Assembly: GCA_964386905.1 (NCBI GenBank)
Contig: CAYLUP010000002.1
Coordinates: forward strand, 128,522 to 192,521
Direction: 5' to 3'
DNA length: 64,000 nucleotides
Origin: an uncultured Candidatus Saccharibacteria bacterium
Lineage (GTDB): Bacteria > Patescibacteriota > Minisyncoccia > Phycocordibacterales > UBA6899
Shown in pieces: positions 29,580 through 41,383 of this stretch. How positions within the stretch are numbered: position 1 is the first letter of the stretch; every line of letters begins with the position of its first letter. The notes beneath the pieces were generated by a model. That model was given only the letters and a program-made list of their open reading frames with translations. It searched no databases and had not been told where the DNA came from. The translations under genes and the position numbers were made by a program.

Positions 29580-31253
29580 ATGAAGCGCCTTATTAGTCTT
29601 TTTCATCGTGAGTGGGGAAACCTCCATGAGGCAGCATTATTGCTGGGCCTCATGTCGTTGTTTTCTCAGGCACTTGGTTTTGTTCGTGACCGCATGCTTG
29701 CGGGCGCTTTTGGTGCGTCAGGAACACTCGATATGTACTATTCTGCGTTTCGTGTTCCGGATTTTTTGTATGACACGATTGGTTCTGCCGTTGCTATTAC
29801 GGTGCTCATTCCATTCATTGCAGAGTATCTCAAAAAAGGTGAGGGTGAATTGAAGAAATTTATGAGTGCAATGTTCACTGCATTTATTTTTACCTTTACG
29901 ATTTTGTGTGTGGTGGCTTTTGTACTTATGCCAACAGTCACCCCATGGCTTGTTCCGGGGTTTACTCCTGACCAGCAGGAGACCTATACGTCTATTGCTC
30001 GTATATTATTGCTCTCTCCTATCCTTCAGGGGTTATCAAATCTCTACGGTTCTATCACGCAGTCATTGCAGCGGTTTTTCGTTTATGCATTGAGTCCTGC
30101 AATATATAACGTCGGTATTATCATCGGTATTCTCTTCTTGTCCCCACATTTTGGGGTATATGGGCTTGCCTATGGAGTTGTTTTTGGTGCCTTTCTACAA
30201 AACGTCATCCAACTGCCAGTATTATTTCGTGAGGGACTGCTCCCAGTTTTTTCATTTGCGTATATTCGAGATGTCGCACGGGTAGTCAAGACAGCAGTTC
30301 CGCGAACAATCGCACTATCTTCTTCTCATCTTGCAACCGTTGCGATTATTGGAATTGCATCGCATGTTGCTGGTGGGGTTGCTGTCTTTTCGTTTGCAAT
30401 GACACTCCAGGGTATTACCTTTACATTAATTGGGTCGAGTTACTCTGTCGCAGCATTCCCGACATTCGCAAAATATTGTGCAAATGGTGAGACAGAAAAA
30501 TTTCGCGACCATGTTCTGAGTGCATCAAGACATATTATCTTTTGGTCCCTTCCTATCATGGCACTCTTTATTGTAATCCGTGCGCAAATCGTCCGTGTCG
30601 TTCTTGGAACGGGGCAATTTGATTGGAACGCAACACGTTTGGTTGCTGCTGCACTTGCAATTTTTGTTATTTCTGTGACTGCACAGTCTCTTGTTTCACT
30701 ATTTACGCGCGCATTCTACGCCGCAGGAAACAATCGTCTCCCGTTGCTCTTGAACGCGCTCTCTGCACTTTCCATCATCGGCTTTTCTTACGCGCTGACA
30801 TGGTTCTTTGGATATTCACCAGCATTTCAATTTTTCCTTGAAGACATGCTCCGCGTCAGTGGTCTCAATGGGACAGCTGTTCTTGTCCTTCCGCTCGCGT
30901 ACTCTGCAGGAATGATTATCAATGCGACACTTCTCCTTGTGTATCTCGAAAAGCATATTCGAGGTATGTGGACTGGAATTCGACGCGCTGTAGTCCATAG
31001 TTTTTCCGTCTCTGTTATTATGGGTTTTGCGGCATATCATACGCTGCAATTTTCAGATATTCTTTTCAATCAGACACGCGTGATTGGGGTCCTTTTACAC
31101 GGGGGTCTCGCATTTGTTGTAGCGCTCATTGTTGGAATTTTCTTCTTCGCGATATTACGAAATCGCGAATATCTTGAAACAGCGGATGCTGTGAAGCATA
31201 AATTCTGGAAGAAGAAGCCACTTGTTGTCGAACAGGAGACGGTGGTTGGATAG
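29580..31253 (+). CDS. murJ: Lipid II flippase MurJ/MviN
   Basis: The multi-TM architecture and N-terminal 'LGFVRDRMLAGAFGASGTLDMYYSAFRVPDFLY' are present. Confidence 0.85.
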   Translation: MKRLISLFHREWGNLHEAALLLGLMSLFSQALGFVRDRMLAGAFGASGTLDMYYSAFRVPDFLYDTIGSAVAITVLIPFIAEYLKKGEGELKKFMSAMFTAFIFTFTILCVVAFVLMPTVTPWLVPGFTPDQQETYTSIARILLLSPILQGLSNLYGSITQSLQRFFVYALSPAIYNVGIIIGILFLSPHFGVYGLAYGVVFGAFLQNVIQLPVLFREGLLPVFSFAYIRDVARVVKTAVPRTIALSSSHLATVAIIGIASHVAGGVAVFSFAMTLQGITFTLIGSSYSVAAFPTFAKYCANGETEKFRDHVLSASRHIIFWSLPIMALFIVIRAQIVRVVLGTGQFDWNATRLVAAALAIFVISVTAQSLVSLFTRAFYAAGNNRLPLLLNALSALSIIGFSYALTWFFGYSPAFQFFLEDMLRVSGLNGTAVLVLPLAYSAGMIINATLLLVYLEKHIRGMWTGIRRAVVHSFSVSVIMGFAAYHTLQFSDILFNQTRVIGVLLHGGLAFVVALIVGIFFFAILRNREYLETADAVKHKFWKKKPLVVEQETVVG

Positions 31254-31485
31254 CATGAGTGGAGAGTGGATAGTGGATAGTGGATGGTAAGAAGAGGATA
31301 GAGGATGGAAAACGACAGAAGTGATTCATGATTTATGATTTAGGATTTATGAATGCATTCCAATAAAATCGCCTGAGTGGCGTTTTTTTTGTTATATATT
31401 CATAATTCATAATTCGTAAATCTCTCGTCTCCTTTATTTACCCCATACCCTATTTTGCTATTTCGTGTTAGTATCCGAACATTAT

Positions 31486-33291
31486 ATGAGCCAATCGCAC
31501 ATCCGAAACTTTAGTATTATCGCCCATATCGATCACGGAAAATCAACACTTTCTGATCGTATGCTCGAAGTCACTCGTACGGTGAGTGCACGTGAAATGC
31601 AAAATCAAGTTCTTGATTCGATGGAACTCGAGAGAGAACGTGGAATCACAATCAAGATGACGCCTGTCCGTATGCGTCACAAAAAAGATGGAGTGGACTA
31701 CATTCTGAATCTTATTGATACTCCGGGGCACATTGATTTTTCTTATGAAGTCTCTCGCGCGCAAAAAGCCGTCGAGGGATGTATTTTGCTTGTCGACGCA
31801 ACGCAAGGTGTGCAGGCACAGACACTTTCAGTACTTGGTATGGCACGAGAGCAGGGGCTTTCCATTATTCCGGTTCTGTCAAAGATCGACTCACCTCTCG
31901 CAAATGTTGAAGAAGTGAAAGATGAAGTAGTTCAACTTTTGGGGTGCGCACATGAAGACATCATGACGGTATCAGGAAAGACTGGCGCAGGAGTGCCAGA
32001 ACTCCTCGACGCTATTGTTGATCGCGTTCCTTCTCCACGACAAGAATACGCTGGAAAACAAGGGGCTCGCGCGCTTATTTTTGACTTTGCATACTCGAAC
32101 CATCGTGGTGTCATTCTCTACGTCCGTGTGCTTGATGGCGTCATTGCAAAGGGAGTAGAGCTTTCATTCGTTGCTGCTGGGGAAAAGTTTTTCGGTATTG
32201 AGGTTGGGCACTTCCTTCCTGCGCAAAGTCCTGTTCCCGAACTCAAAGCGGGAGAGATTGGATATATCGTGACAGGGATTAAGCGGCCAGGAGTTGCAGG
32301 TGTTGGTGATACAGTGACACTCACAAAACAACCGCTTCCTGCACTTCCAGGATATGCAAAACCTCGTCCTGTTGTGTGGGCATCCGTTTTCCCTGAAAGC
32401 CAGGATGATCTCGATGTGCTCCGCCAGGCATTACAGCGTCTTCAGCTTTCAGATTCTGCGCTTACATTCGAGGAAGAAGCATCAGGAACCTTGGGGCGCG
32501 GTTTTCGCTGCGGATGTCTCGGAATGTTACACTTGGAAATTGTTACAGAGCGCTTAAAGCGCGAGCACCAGCTTGCACTTGTGGTGACGAGTCCGTCGAT
32601 TACGTATGATGTGCAGCTTCGTAAAAAAGAAGAGCATGTCATTGTGTATTCTGCTGCACTTTTCCCGGATGATGGTGATATCGTCAAAGTTCGCGAGCCA
32701 TGGATTGATGGGTCAATCATTACTCCTCCAGACTATGTTGGACCAGTCACTCAGCTTCTCTTTGAGCATGAAGCAGAAACAGGGGACTCTGATATTTTTG
32801 GTGACAACCGCTTCCAGGTAAAGTTTGTTATGCCTCTCCGTGAGCTCATGCGAGGATTCTTCGATCGACTGAAGTCAGTCAGTTCCGGATATGCATCACT
32901 GTCGTATGAAATTGCGGGTATGCGTGATGCAGATGTTGTGCGCATGGATCTTCTTGTTGGTGGCGATCCGGTTCCTGCGTTTGCACGTGTCGTCTCGAGA
33001 AGGAGACTTCAAGATGACGCTGAGTCAGCAGTTGAGAAGTTGTATAAAGTGCTCCCTCGACAGCAGATTAAGATCAAGATCCAAGCAAAGGCGATGGGGC
33101 GCATTGTTGCCTCAAAGGAACTCTCTGCCTTTCGAAAGGATGTGACAGGGTATCTCTATGGTGGTGACATCACTCGTAAGATGAAGTTGCTCGAGAAACA
33201 AAAGAAGGGAAAGAAAAAGATGCAGGAGTCAGCGAATGTGCATATCCCTCAAGATGTGTTCGTAAAGATGATACGAGCGGATATGGATTAG
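31486..33291 (+). CDS. lepA: Elongation factor 4 (LepA)
   Basis: 'NFSIIAHIDHGKSTL' and the full-length LepA architecture are present. Confidence 0.93.
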   Translation: MSQSHIRNFSIIAHIDHGKSTLSDRMLEVTRTVSAREMQNQVLDSMELERERGITIKMTPVRMRHKKDGVDYILNLIDTPGHIDFSYEVSRAQKAVEGCILLVDATQGVQAQTLSVLGMAREQGLSIIPVLSKIDSPLANVEEVKDEVVQLLGCAHEDIMTVSGKTGAGVPELLDAIVDRVPSPRQEYAGKQGARALIFDFAYSNHRGVILYVRVLDGVIAKGVELSFVAAGEKFFGIEVGHFLPAQSPVPELKAGEIGYIVTGIKRPGVAGVGDTVTLTKQPLPALPGYAKPRPVVWASVFPESQDDLDVLRQALQRLQLSDSALTFEEEASGTLGRGFRCGCLGMLHLEIVTERLKREHQLALVVTSPSITYDVQLRKKEEHVIVYSAALFPDDGDIVKVREPWIDGSIITPPDYVGPVTQLLFEHEAETGDSDIFGDNRFQVKFVMPLRELMRGFFDRLKSVSSGYASLSYEIAGMRDADVVRMDLLVGGDPVPAFARVVSRRRLQDDAESAVEKLYKVLPRQQIKIKIQAKAMGRIVASKELSAFRKDVTGYLYGGDITRKMKLLEKQKKGKKKMQESANVHIPQDVFVKMIRADMD

Positions 33292-33623
33292 GGGTAGTCA
33301 TGAGAGATAAGTCGTTAGAAATTAAAGACCGCAGAGCAATGCTCTGCGGTTTTTGCGTGCATCAGAAAGTGATTTCGGTTGAAAGTGGTCTCTGCATGAG
33401 ATTTTCCCCGTCGTTCTGTGAGGTGTTAACCAAGGACTTCAGTGGAAATACGTATTACTTCGCGATGCATATAGATCCTCCTTTCTCCCACACATGCGGG
33501 TAAGCTGGATTCCTGTGTTTCTTTAAAGAGTATATCATAAAAAGTGCTCCACGATGTGGAGCACAGAGACAAGGGTTTTGCTATTTCTCGATTCCCTCAA
33601 TCCATCCACGACGGGTCCTTGTG

Positions 33624-33860
33624 TCATACCACCCATGAGCCTTCTCTTCGTACGTGTTCATTCGTCCTTCGAAGAGGAAGCTTTCTCGAGATCCATCTTC
33701 GAGAGACGTTGCTGACGGGGACGCGATGGTTTGTTCCGGGCTCTGTCATAAAGTCAACTGTACGCGATGTCTTGTCGTCGTTATTGACAAACAAGGCAAG
33801 CATGAGGTCGAGCTTGCTGGGGCCGTTTGTGATTCGAGTGCGAGAGAGCATACGCTCCTC
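33624..33860 (-). CDS. Possible small hypothetical protein (79 aa) with its own terminator
   Basis: A minus-strand ORF 'MEERMLSRTRITNGPSKLDLM...' is followed on the minus strand by the perfect hairpin GTGCTCCAC-GAT-GTGGAGCAC (33546-33566) and a T-run. The coding status is uncertain. Confidence 0.25.
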   Translation of the reverse strand, partial: EERMLSRTRITNGPSKLDLMLALFVNNDDKTSRTVDFMTEPGTNHRVPVSNVSRRWISRKLPLRRTNEHVRREGSWVV

Positions 33861-34119
33861 CATGAATGAACATGCGCATGATGAGGGGCGCAGTACCCTC
33901 CTTACATCGTGATCTGCATCCACGGGGAGGTGACTTGGTCATACAACCAAGGATTTGTCTCATTGTGCATTGAAATTTGGTTTAGTCAATCTGTGTTCTG
34001 ATTCAGATCAATAATCAGTCACAAGGGTATGGATGTAGCCGTTATATGCAAAGTTGACAGATGTGCACAGTATTTCCACAGTTCACTATACCAATGCCCC
34101 AAAAAGTCAATATTTTGGC

Positions 34120-34149
34120 TTGACAAAGCTGTGGACGATGCATTATAAT
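34120..34149 (+). promoter_or_regulatory. Consensus sigma70 promoter TTGACA-N18-TATAAT upstream of rpoB (about 190-nt leader)
   Basis: Seen directly. Confidence 0.5.
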
Positions 34150-34346
34150 ACCTTGCATATCCTCGCGATTGTGTACCTGTTGGAGGGTGAGTAATTTTCT
34201 ACCTGTGAAGAGCTCAACATAAACAAGGAACGGAAACAGGGAACCTGTAGGTGTGGAACACTGCGGGTCTTTTTGCGTCATGCACGTCTCCGTTGTTTGT
34301 TATGTCGAGATCTTCAAGTAGATCTTATTAGAAAATCATACAATAC

Positions 34347-37300
34347 ATGTCGAAACATCTTCAAAAGAAGACATTTAGTTTGTATCGCGCACCGCTGGTG
34401 GAAGCACCGGATTTGGTTGCAGCGCAGAAGGAGTCATATCAGTGGCTTATTACAGAAGGATTGAAAGAGCTCTTTGCAGAGTTTAGTCCAATCCAAGATT
34501 ACTCGAAGAAAAAGTTTGATCTCGAATTCACAGGTTTCGAGCTCTTACCTCCACGTTTTGATGAGCACTATGCTCGTGAGAACAAAATCTCTCTTGAAAC
34601 TCCACTTCGCGCAGAGGTGAAGTTGACGAATAAAGCTCTTGGTATTGATAAGACCCAGGAGATCTTCATGGCAGATTTTCCTGTCATGACTGTTCGTGGA
34701 ACATTTATTGTGAATGGAGTGGAGCGTGTGGTTGTTCCACAGCTCGCTCGCTCATACGGTATTTTCTTTACGGATCAGGAGCTCAAGTCTGGCCGTTTCT
34801 TTGGTGCAAAAATTATTCCTTCACGTGGTGCATGGATTGAGATTGAGTCTGACGCCGATGATATTCTTTGGGCAAAGATCGATCGTAAGCGTAAATTCCC
34901 AGTCACGGCATTGCTTCGCATTTTTGCGCAGTGTTCAGATGAGAAGTTGCTTGCGTTGTTCAAACACAATCGCGACGCACAACTTGCAATTGAAAAGACA
35001 CTCGCAAAAGATCCAGCAAAGAACCTTGAAGATTCATATGTCGAAATCTACCGCAAGATCCGCGATGGCGATGTGACAACAACGACAAACGCCGCAGAAT
35101 TGATTGGTGCATTGTTTGAGAAGGAGCGCTATGACCTTTCAACAGTTGGTCGCTTCCGCTTCAACAAGCGCTTCAACCTCCCAATGGATGAAAAAGCAGT
35201 TGCACAACGTTTGCTCACCATCGAAGATTTAGTGTTGACAATAACTCACATTATTGGATTGAACCACAATCCAGAGGCACGTGCAGACGATATTGACCAC
35301 CTTGGCTCGCGCCGTGTTAGATACGTTGGAGAAATGCTTCTTCAGAAGCTCCGTGTTGGTATGACGCAGATGAAGCGAAACATCCAGGATCGCATGTCAA
35401 CAGCAGAGGCAGACACAACACTTCCAGTGAACTTTGTTTCTCCTCGACCGCTCCAAGCACGTTTGAAAGAATTCTTCACAACGAATCAGCTCTCACAGCT
35501 CTTAGGTCAGGCAAATATTCTTGATGAGGTGGAGCAGCTTCGTACATGTTCTGCGATGGGTCCTGGAGGTCTCACAAAAGAGCGTGCGGGTCTTGAGGTG
35601 CGTGATGTTCATCCGTCACACTATGGACGCCTATGTCCAGTGCATACCCCGGAAGGCCAGAACATCGGTCTTGTGCTTCGCTTCTCAACCTATGCGCGCA
35701 CAAATGAATTCGGTGTTATTGAGACTCCATATGCAAAGGTTGTTAAAGGACGCATTACAGGAGAAATTGTTCACTTGAATGCGCTCGAGGAAGAGCGCGT
35801 GACTATCGCGCACGCTGCGGTTCCATACGATGAAGACTGGAAAATTACTGCAAATCGTATTGAGGCACGTGTTGGAGGAAACCCATCAATCGTTGACCCA
35901 AAGCAGGTGGATTACATCGACGTTTCAACGAATCAGGCATTTTCTGTTGCAACGTCATCGATTCCATTCTTGGAGCACAATGACGCAAACCGTGCACTCA
36001 TGGGTTCAAACATGCAGAAGCAGGCAACTCCACTGATTGCCCCTGAGGCCCCAGTCGTTGCAACAGGTATCGAAGGACGTATTGCACGTGACTCTGGACG
36101 CGTTGTGCTTGCAGATCGCGATGGAACAATTAAGGCAGTCGATGCTCGTCATATCGTATTGAAGGACTCGAAGGGAAATGAGGTGGATTTCCCATTGATG
36201 AATTTCTTGATGACAAATGACGCAGGATGTTTTCATCAACGACCAATTGTCTCAGTTGGAGATAAGGTAAAGAAGGGCGACGTACTCGCAGACACATCAA
36301 CCTCAGATCAAGGTGAAATGGCGCTTGGACAAAATCTTCTTGTCGCATTTATGTCATGGGGCGGAAACAACTACGAAGACGCAATCATTCTTTCAGAGCG
36401 CCTTGTTCGCGAGCAGTATTTGACATCAATTCACATTGAGAAATTCATTGTCAACGTTCGTGATACGAAGCTTGGACCAGAATCAACGACGCCAGATATT
36501 CCAAATGTTGGTGAGGCAAAGTTGAAGGATCTTGACCATGAGGGTATTGTTCGCATTGGTGCTGAGGTTCGTGCTGGTGACATTCTCGTTGGTAAAATTA
36601 CGCCAAAGGGAGAGGCCTTGTTGACTCCAGAGGAACGACTCCTACGTTCCATCTTTGGAGAAAAAGCTCGTGACGTGAAGGATACTTCACTCCGCATGGA
36701 ACATGGAAAGCGTGGTCGCGTGATTGGCGTTAAAGTCTTTTCTCGCGAAAAGGGTGATGCACTCGAAAGTGGCGTCATTAAGCGCATCTACATTGAGGTT
36801 GCACAGCTTCGAAACATCTCTGTCGGTGACAAGCTCGCTGGTCGCCATGGAAACAAAGGTGTTATTTCAAAGATTCTTCCGATGGAAGAGATGCCATATA
36901 TGGACGATGGAACACCAGTGGATGTTATTTTGACCCCTCTTGGTGTGCCAAGTCGTATGAACCTGGGTCAGATTTTCGAATTGCATCTTGGTATGGCAGC
37001 AAAGAAGCTTGGCTATCAAGCAATCACCCCATCATTCCTTGGTGTGACAGAGGAAGAAATTCGAGAAGAATTGAAATCTGCAGGACTCCGCGAGGATGGA
37101 AAACAAATGCTTCGCGACGGACGTACTGGTGAATATTTTGAACAGCCGGTTTCGGTTGGCGTGATGTACATTTTGAAGTTGCACCACATGGTGGAAGACA
37201 AGATCCACATGCGATCTATTGGTCCGTACTCTCTTATTACCCAGCAGCCTCTTGGAGGTCGTGCGCAGGGTGGAGGTCAGCGTTTCGGAGAAATGGAAGT

Positions 37301-37580
37301 GTGGGCACTGCAAGGATATGGCGCAGCGCACATTCTTCGAGAAATGCTTACCTATAAGTCTGATGATATCCTTGGGCGATCAGCAGTCTTTGACTCGATT
37401 GTTCGTGGAAAGGAAATCAAGGAGCCTGGTCTGCCTGCAACCTTCCACGTCTTACTCTCGACGTTGCGTGGTCTTGCGCTTGACGTGCAATTGAAGCAAC
37501 GTATTAATGGTGAAGAGTTTATTTACAAAGCACCGTCACTTGCTGCATCGGAAAATACCAATAATCCGAGCATGAATTAA
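34347..37580 (+). CDS. rpoB: DNA-directed RNA polymerase subunit beta
   Basis: Full-length RpoB (1077 aa) with conserved blocks. Confidence 0.97.
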   Translation: MSKHLQKKTFSLYRAPLVEAPDLVAAQKESYQWLITEGLKELFAEFSPIQDYSKKKFDLEFTGFELLPPRFDEHYARENKISLETPLRAEVKLTNKALGIDKTQEIFMADFPVMTVRGTFIVNGVERVVVPQLARSYGIFFTDQELKSGRFFGAKIIPSRGAWIEIESDADDILWAKIDRKRKFPVTALLRIFAQCSDEKLLALFKHNRDAQLAIEKTLAKDPAKNLEDSYVEIYRKIRDGDVTTTTNAAELIGALFEKERYDLSTVGRFRFNKRFNLPMDEKAVAQRLLTIEDLVLTITHIIGLNHNPEARADDIDHLGSRRVRYVGEMLLQKLRVGMTQMKRNIQDRMSTAEADTTLPVNFVSPRPLQARLKEFFTTNQLSQLLGQANILDEVEQLRTCSAMGPGGLTKERAGLEVRDVHPSHYGRLCPVHTPEGQNIGLVLRFSTYARTNEFGVIETPYAKVVKGRITGEIVHLNALEEERVTIAHAAVPYDEDWKITANRIEARVGGNPSIVDPKQVDYIDVSTNQAFSVATSSIPFLEHNDANRALMGSNMQKQATPLIAPEAPVVATGIEGRIARDSGRVVLADRDGTIKAVDARHIVLKDSKGNEVDFPLMNFLMTNDAGCFHQRPIVSVGDKVKKGDVLADTSTSDQGEMALGQNLLVAFMSWGGNNYEDAIILSERLVREQYLTSIHIEKFIVNVRDTKLGPESTTPDIPNVGEAKLKDLDHEGIVRIGAEVRAGDILVGKITPKGEALLTPEERLLRSIFGEKARDVKDTSLRMEHGKRGRVIGVKVFSREKGDALESGVIKRIYIEVAQLRNISVGDKLAGRHGNKGVISKILPMEEMPYMDDGTPVDVILTPLGVPSRMNLGQIFELHLGMAAKKLGYQAITPSFLGVTEEEIREELKSAGLREDGKQMLRDGRTGEYFEQPVSVGVMYILKLHHMVEDKIHMRSIGPYSLITQQPLGGRAQGGGQRFGEMEVWALQGYGAAHILREMLTYKSDDILGRSAVFDSIVRGKEIKEPGLPATFHVLLSTLRGLALDVQLKQRINGEEFIYKAPSLAASENTNNPSMN

Positions 37581-37603
37581 TAACCTCATTCGCATACATA
37601 TAT

Positions 37604-40600
37604 ATGAAACAACCACAAAATGATTTCAATGCGATGACCATCACGCTTGCGTCTCCGGAGCAAGTGCGTGCATGGTCATATGGTGAGGTCACAAAGCCAG
37701 AAACAATCAACTACCGTACACAGCGCTCAGAGCGTGGTGGTTTGTTTGATGAACGTATTTTTGGCCCAGAAAAAGATTTCGAGTGTTACTGTGGAAAGTA
37801 TAAGGGCATTCGCTATCGCGGAATTGTGTGTGAAAAGTGTGGCGTTGAGATTACTCGTTCTGTTGTGCGTCGTGAGCGCATGGGACACATTGAGCTTTCT
37901 GCTCCAGTGTCACATATTTGGTTCCTCCGTGGTGTACCAAGCCGTATCGGTTTGCTACTCAACACTCCGATGGCAGACATTGAGCGCGTGATTTACTTCG
38001 CTGCGTACATGATCACTGAGGTCAACCAAAAAGAGAAACAGGCATTGCTTGATGAGCTGGATCGTGAGTATAAGTCTCGTGTGAAGAGCTTGAATGATCA
38101 GCGTGCAAAGGATCGCATCAAAGAGGCTCTCACGAATGCAAAGAAAGAGATCGAGTCACTTGCTGTTGGTCTCGTCATGGACGAGCTTACCTACCATAAA
38201 TACTCTTTGAAGTATTCATCTGCATTTGATGCAGCAATTGGTGCGGAGGCAATTTACAACCTCTTCCGTCGCATGAATATGCAGGAGTACAAGGAGAAGG
38301 TAGAGTTGCAGTTGGAAAAAGCAAATGCAACTGACCGCCCAAAGCTCTTTAAGCGCTTGTCTTTGATCAAGGCCATGTTGCGCTCCGGGGTACGACCAGA
38401 ATGGATGTTTATGACAGTTCTTCCCGTGATTCCTCCGGGAGTGCGCCCAATGGTTGCACTCGAAGGTGGACGACACGCAACAAGTGACGTGAATGATTTG
38501 TATCGTCGAGTTATTAACCGCAACAATCGTTTGCGCAAGTTGCTCGAGATTGATGCCCCAGAAGTTATTCTTCGTAATGAGAAGCGTATTCTTCAGGAGG
38601 CAGTCGATGCGTTGATTGATAATTCAATCCGTCACAATACTGCAAGTGCGGCAGCAAGTCCTGCTCGTAAGCGTGAACTCAAGAGTCTATCAGACATGTT
38701 GAAGGGAAAGAGTGGCCTCTTCCGTCAAAACCTTCTCGGAAAGCGCGTGGACTATTCAGGACGCTCTGTTATCGTGGTGGGTCCAGACTTAAAGCTCCAT
38801 CAATGTGGTCTTCCAAAGCACATGGCGCTTGAGCTCTTCCGTCCATTTGTTATTGCAAAGCTCATCGACCAGGGACTTGCGTTCAATATCCGTGGCGCAA
38901 ATCGGTTGATTGATGAAGGGATTCCAGAGGTGTGGGCTAATCTTGAAGAGGTGATCAAGGGAAAGTTTGTTCTCTTGAATCGTGCTCCAACATTGCACCG
39001 TCTCGGTATTCAAGCATTTCAGCCAATTCTTATCGAAGGAAATGCAATCCAGGTCCATCCGCTCGTTACACCAGCATTCAATGCAGACTTCGACGGTGAC
39101 CAGATGGCTGTTCACGTCCCACTTTCCGATGAGGCACAAGCAGAAGCTCGTGAGTTGATGGCAGCAAACAAAAATCTTTTGAAGCCAGGTTCCGGTGATC
39201 CAGTGGTGAACCCATCACAGGATATCGTTCTAGGATGTTACTGGATGACGAAGATTGTAGAAGGCGAACGAGGTGAAGGAAAGATTTTTCCAACTCCGAA
39301 CTCAGCAATTACCGCATATGATTTTCACGTCGTAGGATTTCGTGCAAAGATTCGCGTGATGCCAAGTTCGAGCGTAAAGTATGCCGCATTCGAAGGAAAG
39401 CCATTCGAAACGACTGTTGGCCGCTTGCTCTTCAACTCTGTTCTTCCAAAGGATTTTCCTTACATCAATAAAGATATTACAAAGAAGGATTTGTCTAATC
39501 TCGTTGATGATTTATTGACCCGATACGGCGTTGATGCAACACCAGATGTGCTTGATAAGGTAAAGTCATTTGGTTATAAGTATGTCACAAAGTCCGGTAT
39601 TACATGGTCTCTCTCTGACGTGAATGTTCCGTCAGAAAAGGAAGCTATCGTACAAGATGCATATGCGAAAGAACAGGAAGTCTTTGGGTATTACAATCAA
39701 GGTCTTTTGTCTGCAGAAGAGAAATATGAAGCAGTAAAGGATATTTGGAATGCAGTTGAGTCACAGGTGCAAAAGGTTGTTCCTGGTGGACTTCCAAAGA
39801 ATGGTCCTGTTGTCGACATGATCACTTCAGGTGCTCGTGGGTCCATTGGACAGGTGACAAAGATGGTTGGAATTAAGGGGTTGGTGCAGGGTCCATCTGG
39901 ACGCGTTATTGACTTCCCAGTCGTTCCGTCATTGAAAGAAGGATTAACACCGCTTGAGTATTTCGTCTCAACGCACGGTTCTCGTAAGGGTATGACAGAC
40001 ACCGCATTGAACACTGCAAAGGCGGGATACCTGACGCGACGTCTTGTTGATGTATCTCAGGATGTCGTAGTATCTGAAGAAGATTGTGGCGACAAGTCTG
40101 GCATTCCGCTAACAATGGAAAACGCTGGTGGTATCGAGATTCCGTTATCTCGACTCTTGCGTGGACGTGTTGCGGCAAAAGATATTGTTACGCCAGATGG
40201 AGAAGTGATTTTCAAGAAGGGAACCCTTCTTGGTCGTGATGAAGCTCATCGTGTTGAAAAAGCTGGTGTTATTGAGGCAGACGTACGATCGCCACTTACG
40301 TGTAAGACGCTTCGTGGAGTCTGTCAGCAATGCTATGGTATGGATCTTGGTCGCGGTCGTTTGGTCGCACTCGGTGAGACTGTTGGTATCGTTGCAGCAC
40401 AGGCTATTGGTGAGCCGGGTACACAGCTTACTATGCGTACCTTCCATGCCGGTGGAGCTGTTGGTGAAGACATCACTGCGGGTCTCCCACGCGTTGAAGA
40501 TATTTTTGAACGTCAAACACCGAAAGCGGAAGCCGCAGTTGCAAAGATCGATGGTATTGTTACTGAGGTCCGTCGTGGAGACAAGGAAGATCTCGTTATC

Positions 40601-41233
40601 GTGGTTGCCGGTGAAGGTGGGAAGAAAGGGAAGAATGAGGTAGAACATTCCGTTTCATTCCGTAGACAACCACGAGTGAAGCCAGGAGAAACGGTGACTG
40701 CTGGTCAGATTATGACCGATGGATATGCAGATATCGATGCACTATTCAAGTATGGAGGAAAAATTCACGCTGAAAAGTACATTATCTCAGAAGTCAACCG
40801 TATCTACGAAAGAAATGGTGTGTCGACATCTCGAAAGCACCTGGAAATCATCGTGCGCCAAATGTTTTCACGCATGCGCGTGCGCAATCCTGGAGACACC
40901 CGCTTTGCCCCAAGCGATATTGTTGAAGAGGCAGCATTTGTTGATGAAAACACTGCTGTTGCTGAAAAGGGTGGTGAGCCTGCTCAGGCGGAGCGTCTCG
41001 TACTCGGAATCACTGATGTAGCATTGACGAAAGAATCATTCTTGTCTGCAGCATCTTTCCAGAGCACATCGCGTGTATTGATTCGTGCGGCGACCGAAGG
41101 TGCGACTGATCACCTCCGTGGCCTGAAAGAGAATGTTATTTTGGGACGCTTGATTCCTGCTGGAACAGGATTCCCTGTAAACATGATCGATCAGGTGGAG
41201 GAGGAAGAAGTTGTGGCTGAGGAAGCACTATAG
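37604..41233 (+). CDS. rpoC: DNA-directed RNA polymerase subunit beta'
   Basis: The 'NADFDGD' catalytic motif and the Zn-binding Cys cluster are present. Confidence 0.97.
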   Translation: MKQPQNDFNAMTITLASPEQVRAWSYGEVTKPETINYRTQRSERGGLFDERIFGPEKDFECYCGKYKGIRYRGIVCEKCGVEITRSVVRRERMGHIELSAPVSHIWFLRGVPSRIGLLLNTPMADIERVIYFAAYMITEVNQKEKQALLDELDREYKSRVKSLNDQRAKDRIKEALTNAKKEIESLAVGLVMDELTYHKYSLKYSSAFDAAIGAEAIYNLFRRMNMQEYKEKVELQLEKANATDRPKLFKRLSLIKAMLRSGVRPEWMFMTVLPVIPPGVRPMVALEGGRHATSDVNDLYRRVINRNNRLRKLLEIDAPEVILRNEKRILQEAVDALIDNSIRHNTASAAASPARKRELKSLSDMLKGKSGLFRQNLLGKRVDYSGRSVIVVGPDLKLHQCGLPKHMALELFRPFVIAKLIDQGLAFNIRGANRLIDEGIPEVWANLEEVIKGKFVLLNRAPTLHRLGIQAFQPILIEGNAIQVHPLVTPAFNADFDGDQMAVHVPLSDEAQAEARELMAANKNLLKPGSGDPVVNPSQDIVLGCYWMTKIVEGERGEGKIFPTPNSAITAYDFHVVGFRAKIRVMPSSSVKYAAFEGKPFETTVGRLLFNSVLPKDFPYINKDITKKDLSNLVDDLLTRYGVDATPDVLDKVKSFGYKYVTKSGITWSLSDVNVPSEKEAIVQDAYAKEQEVFGYYNQGLLSAEEKYEAVKDIWNAVESQVQKVVPGGLPKNGPVVDMITSGARGSIGQVTKMVGIKGLVQGPSGRVIDFPVVPSLKEGLTPLEYFVSTHGSRKGMTDTALNTAKAGYLTRRLVDVSQDVVVSEEDCGDKSGIPLTMENAGGIEIPLSRLLRGRVAAKDIVTPDGEVIFKKGTLLGRDEAHRVEKAGVIEADVRSPLTCKTLRGVCQQCYGMDLGRGRLVALGETVGIVAAQAIGEPGTQLTMRTFHAGGAVGEDITAGLPRVEDIFERQTPKAEAAVAKIDGIVTEVRRGDKEDLVIVVAGEGGKKGKNEVEHSVSFRRQPRVKPGETVTAGQIMTDGYADIDALFKYGGKIHAEKYIISEVNRIYERNGVSTSRKHLEIIVRQMFSRMRVRNPGDTRFAPSDIVEEAAFVDENTAVAEKGGEPAQAERLVLGITDVALTKESFLSAASFQSTSRVLIRAATEGATDHLRGLKENVILGRLIPAGTGFPVNMIDQVEEEEVVAEEAL

Positions 41234-41383
41234 TCCTGTTCTTTCATCGCACACACGAGCTCCTTGTGAGCTTGTGTGTGTCATTGAGGGAATTGAATGG
41301 TTTTTAGTCGTGAGTCATGATGAATGGTGCTTGTAGCGTGTGTTGATTTTCTGCAAGCTCATGACTCATCACTCTTTATTATC

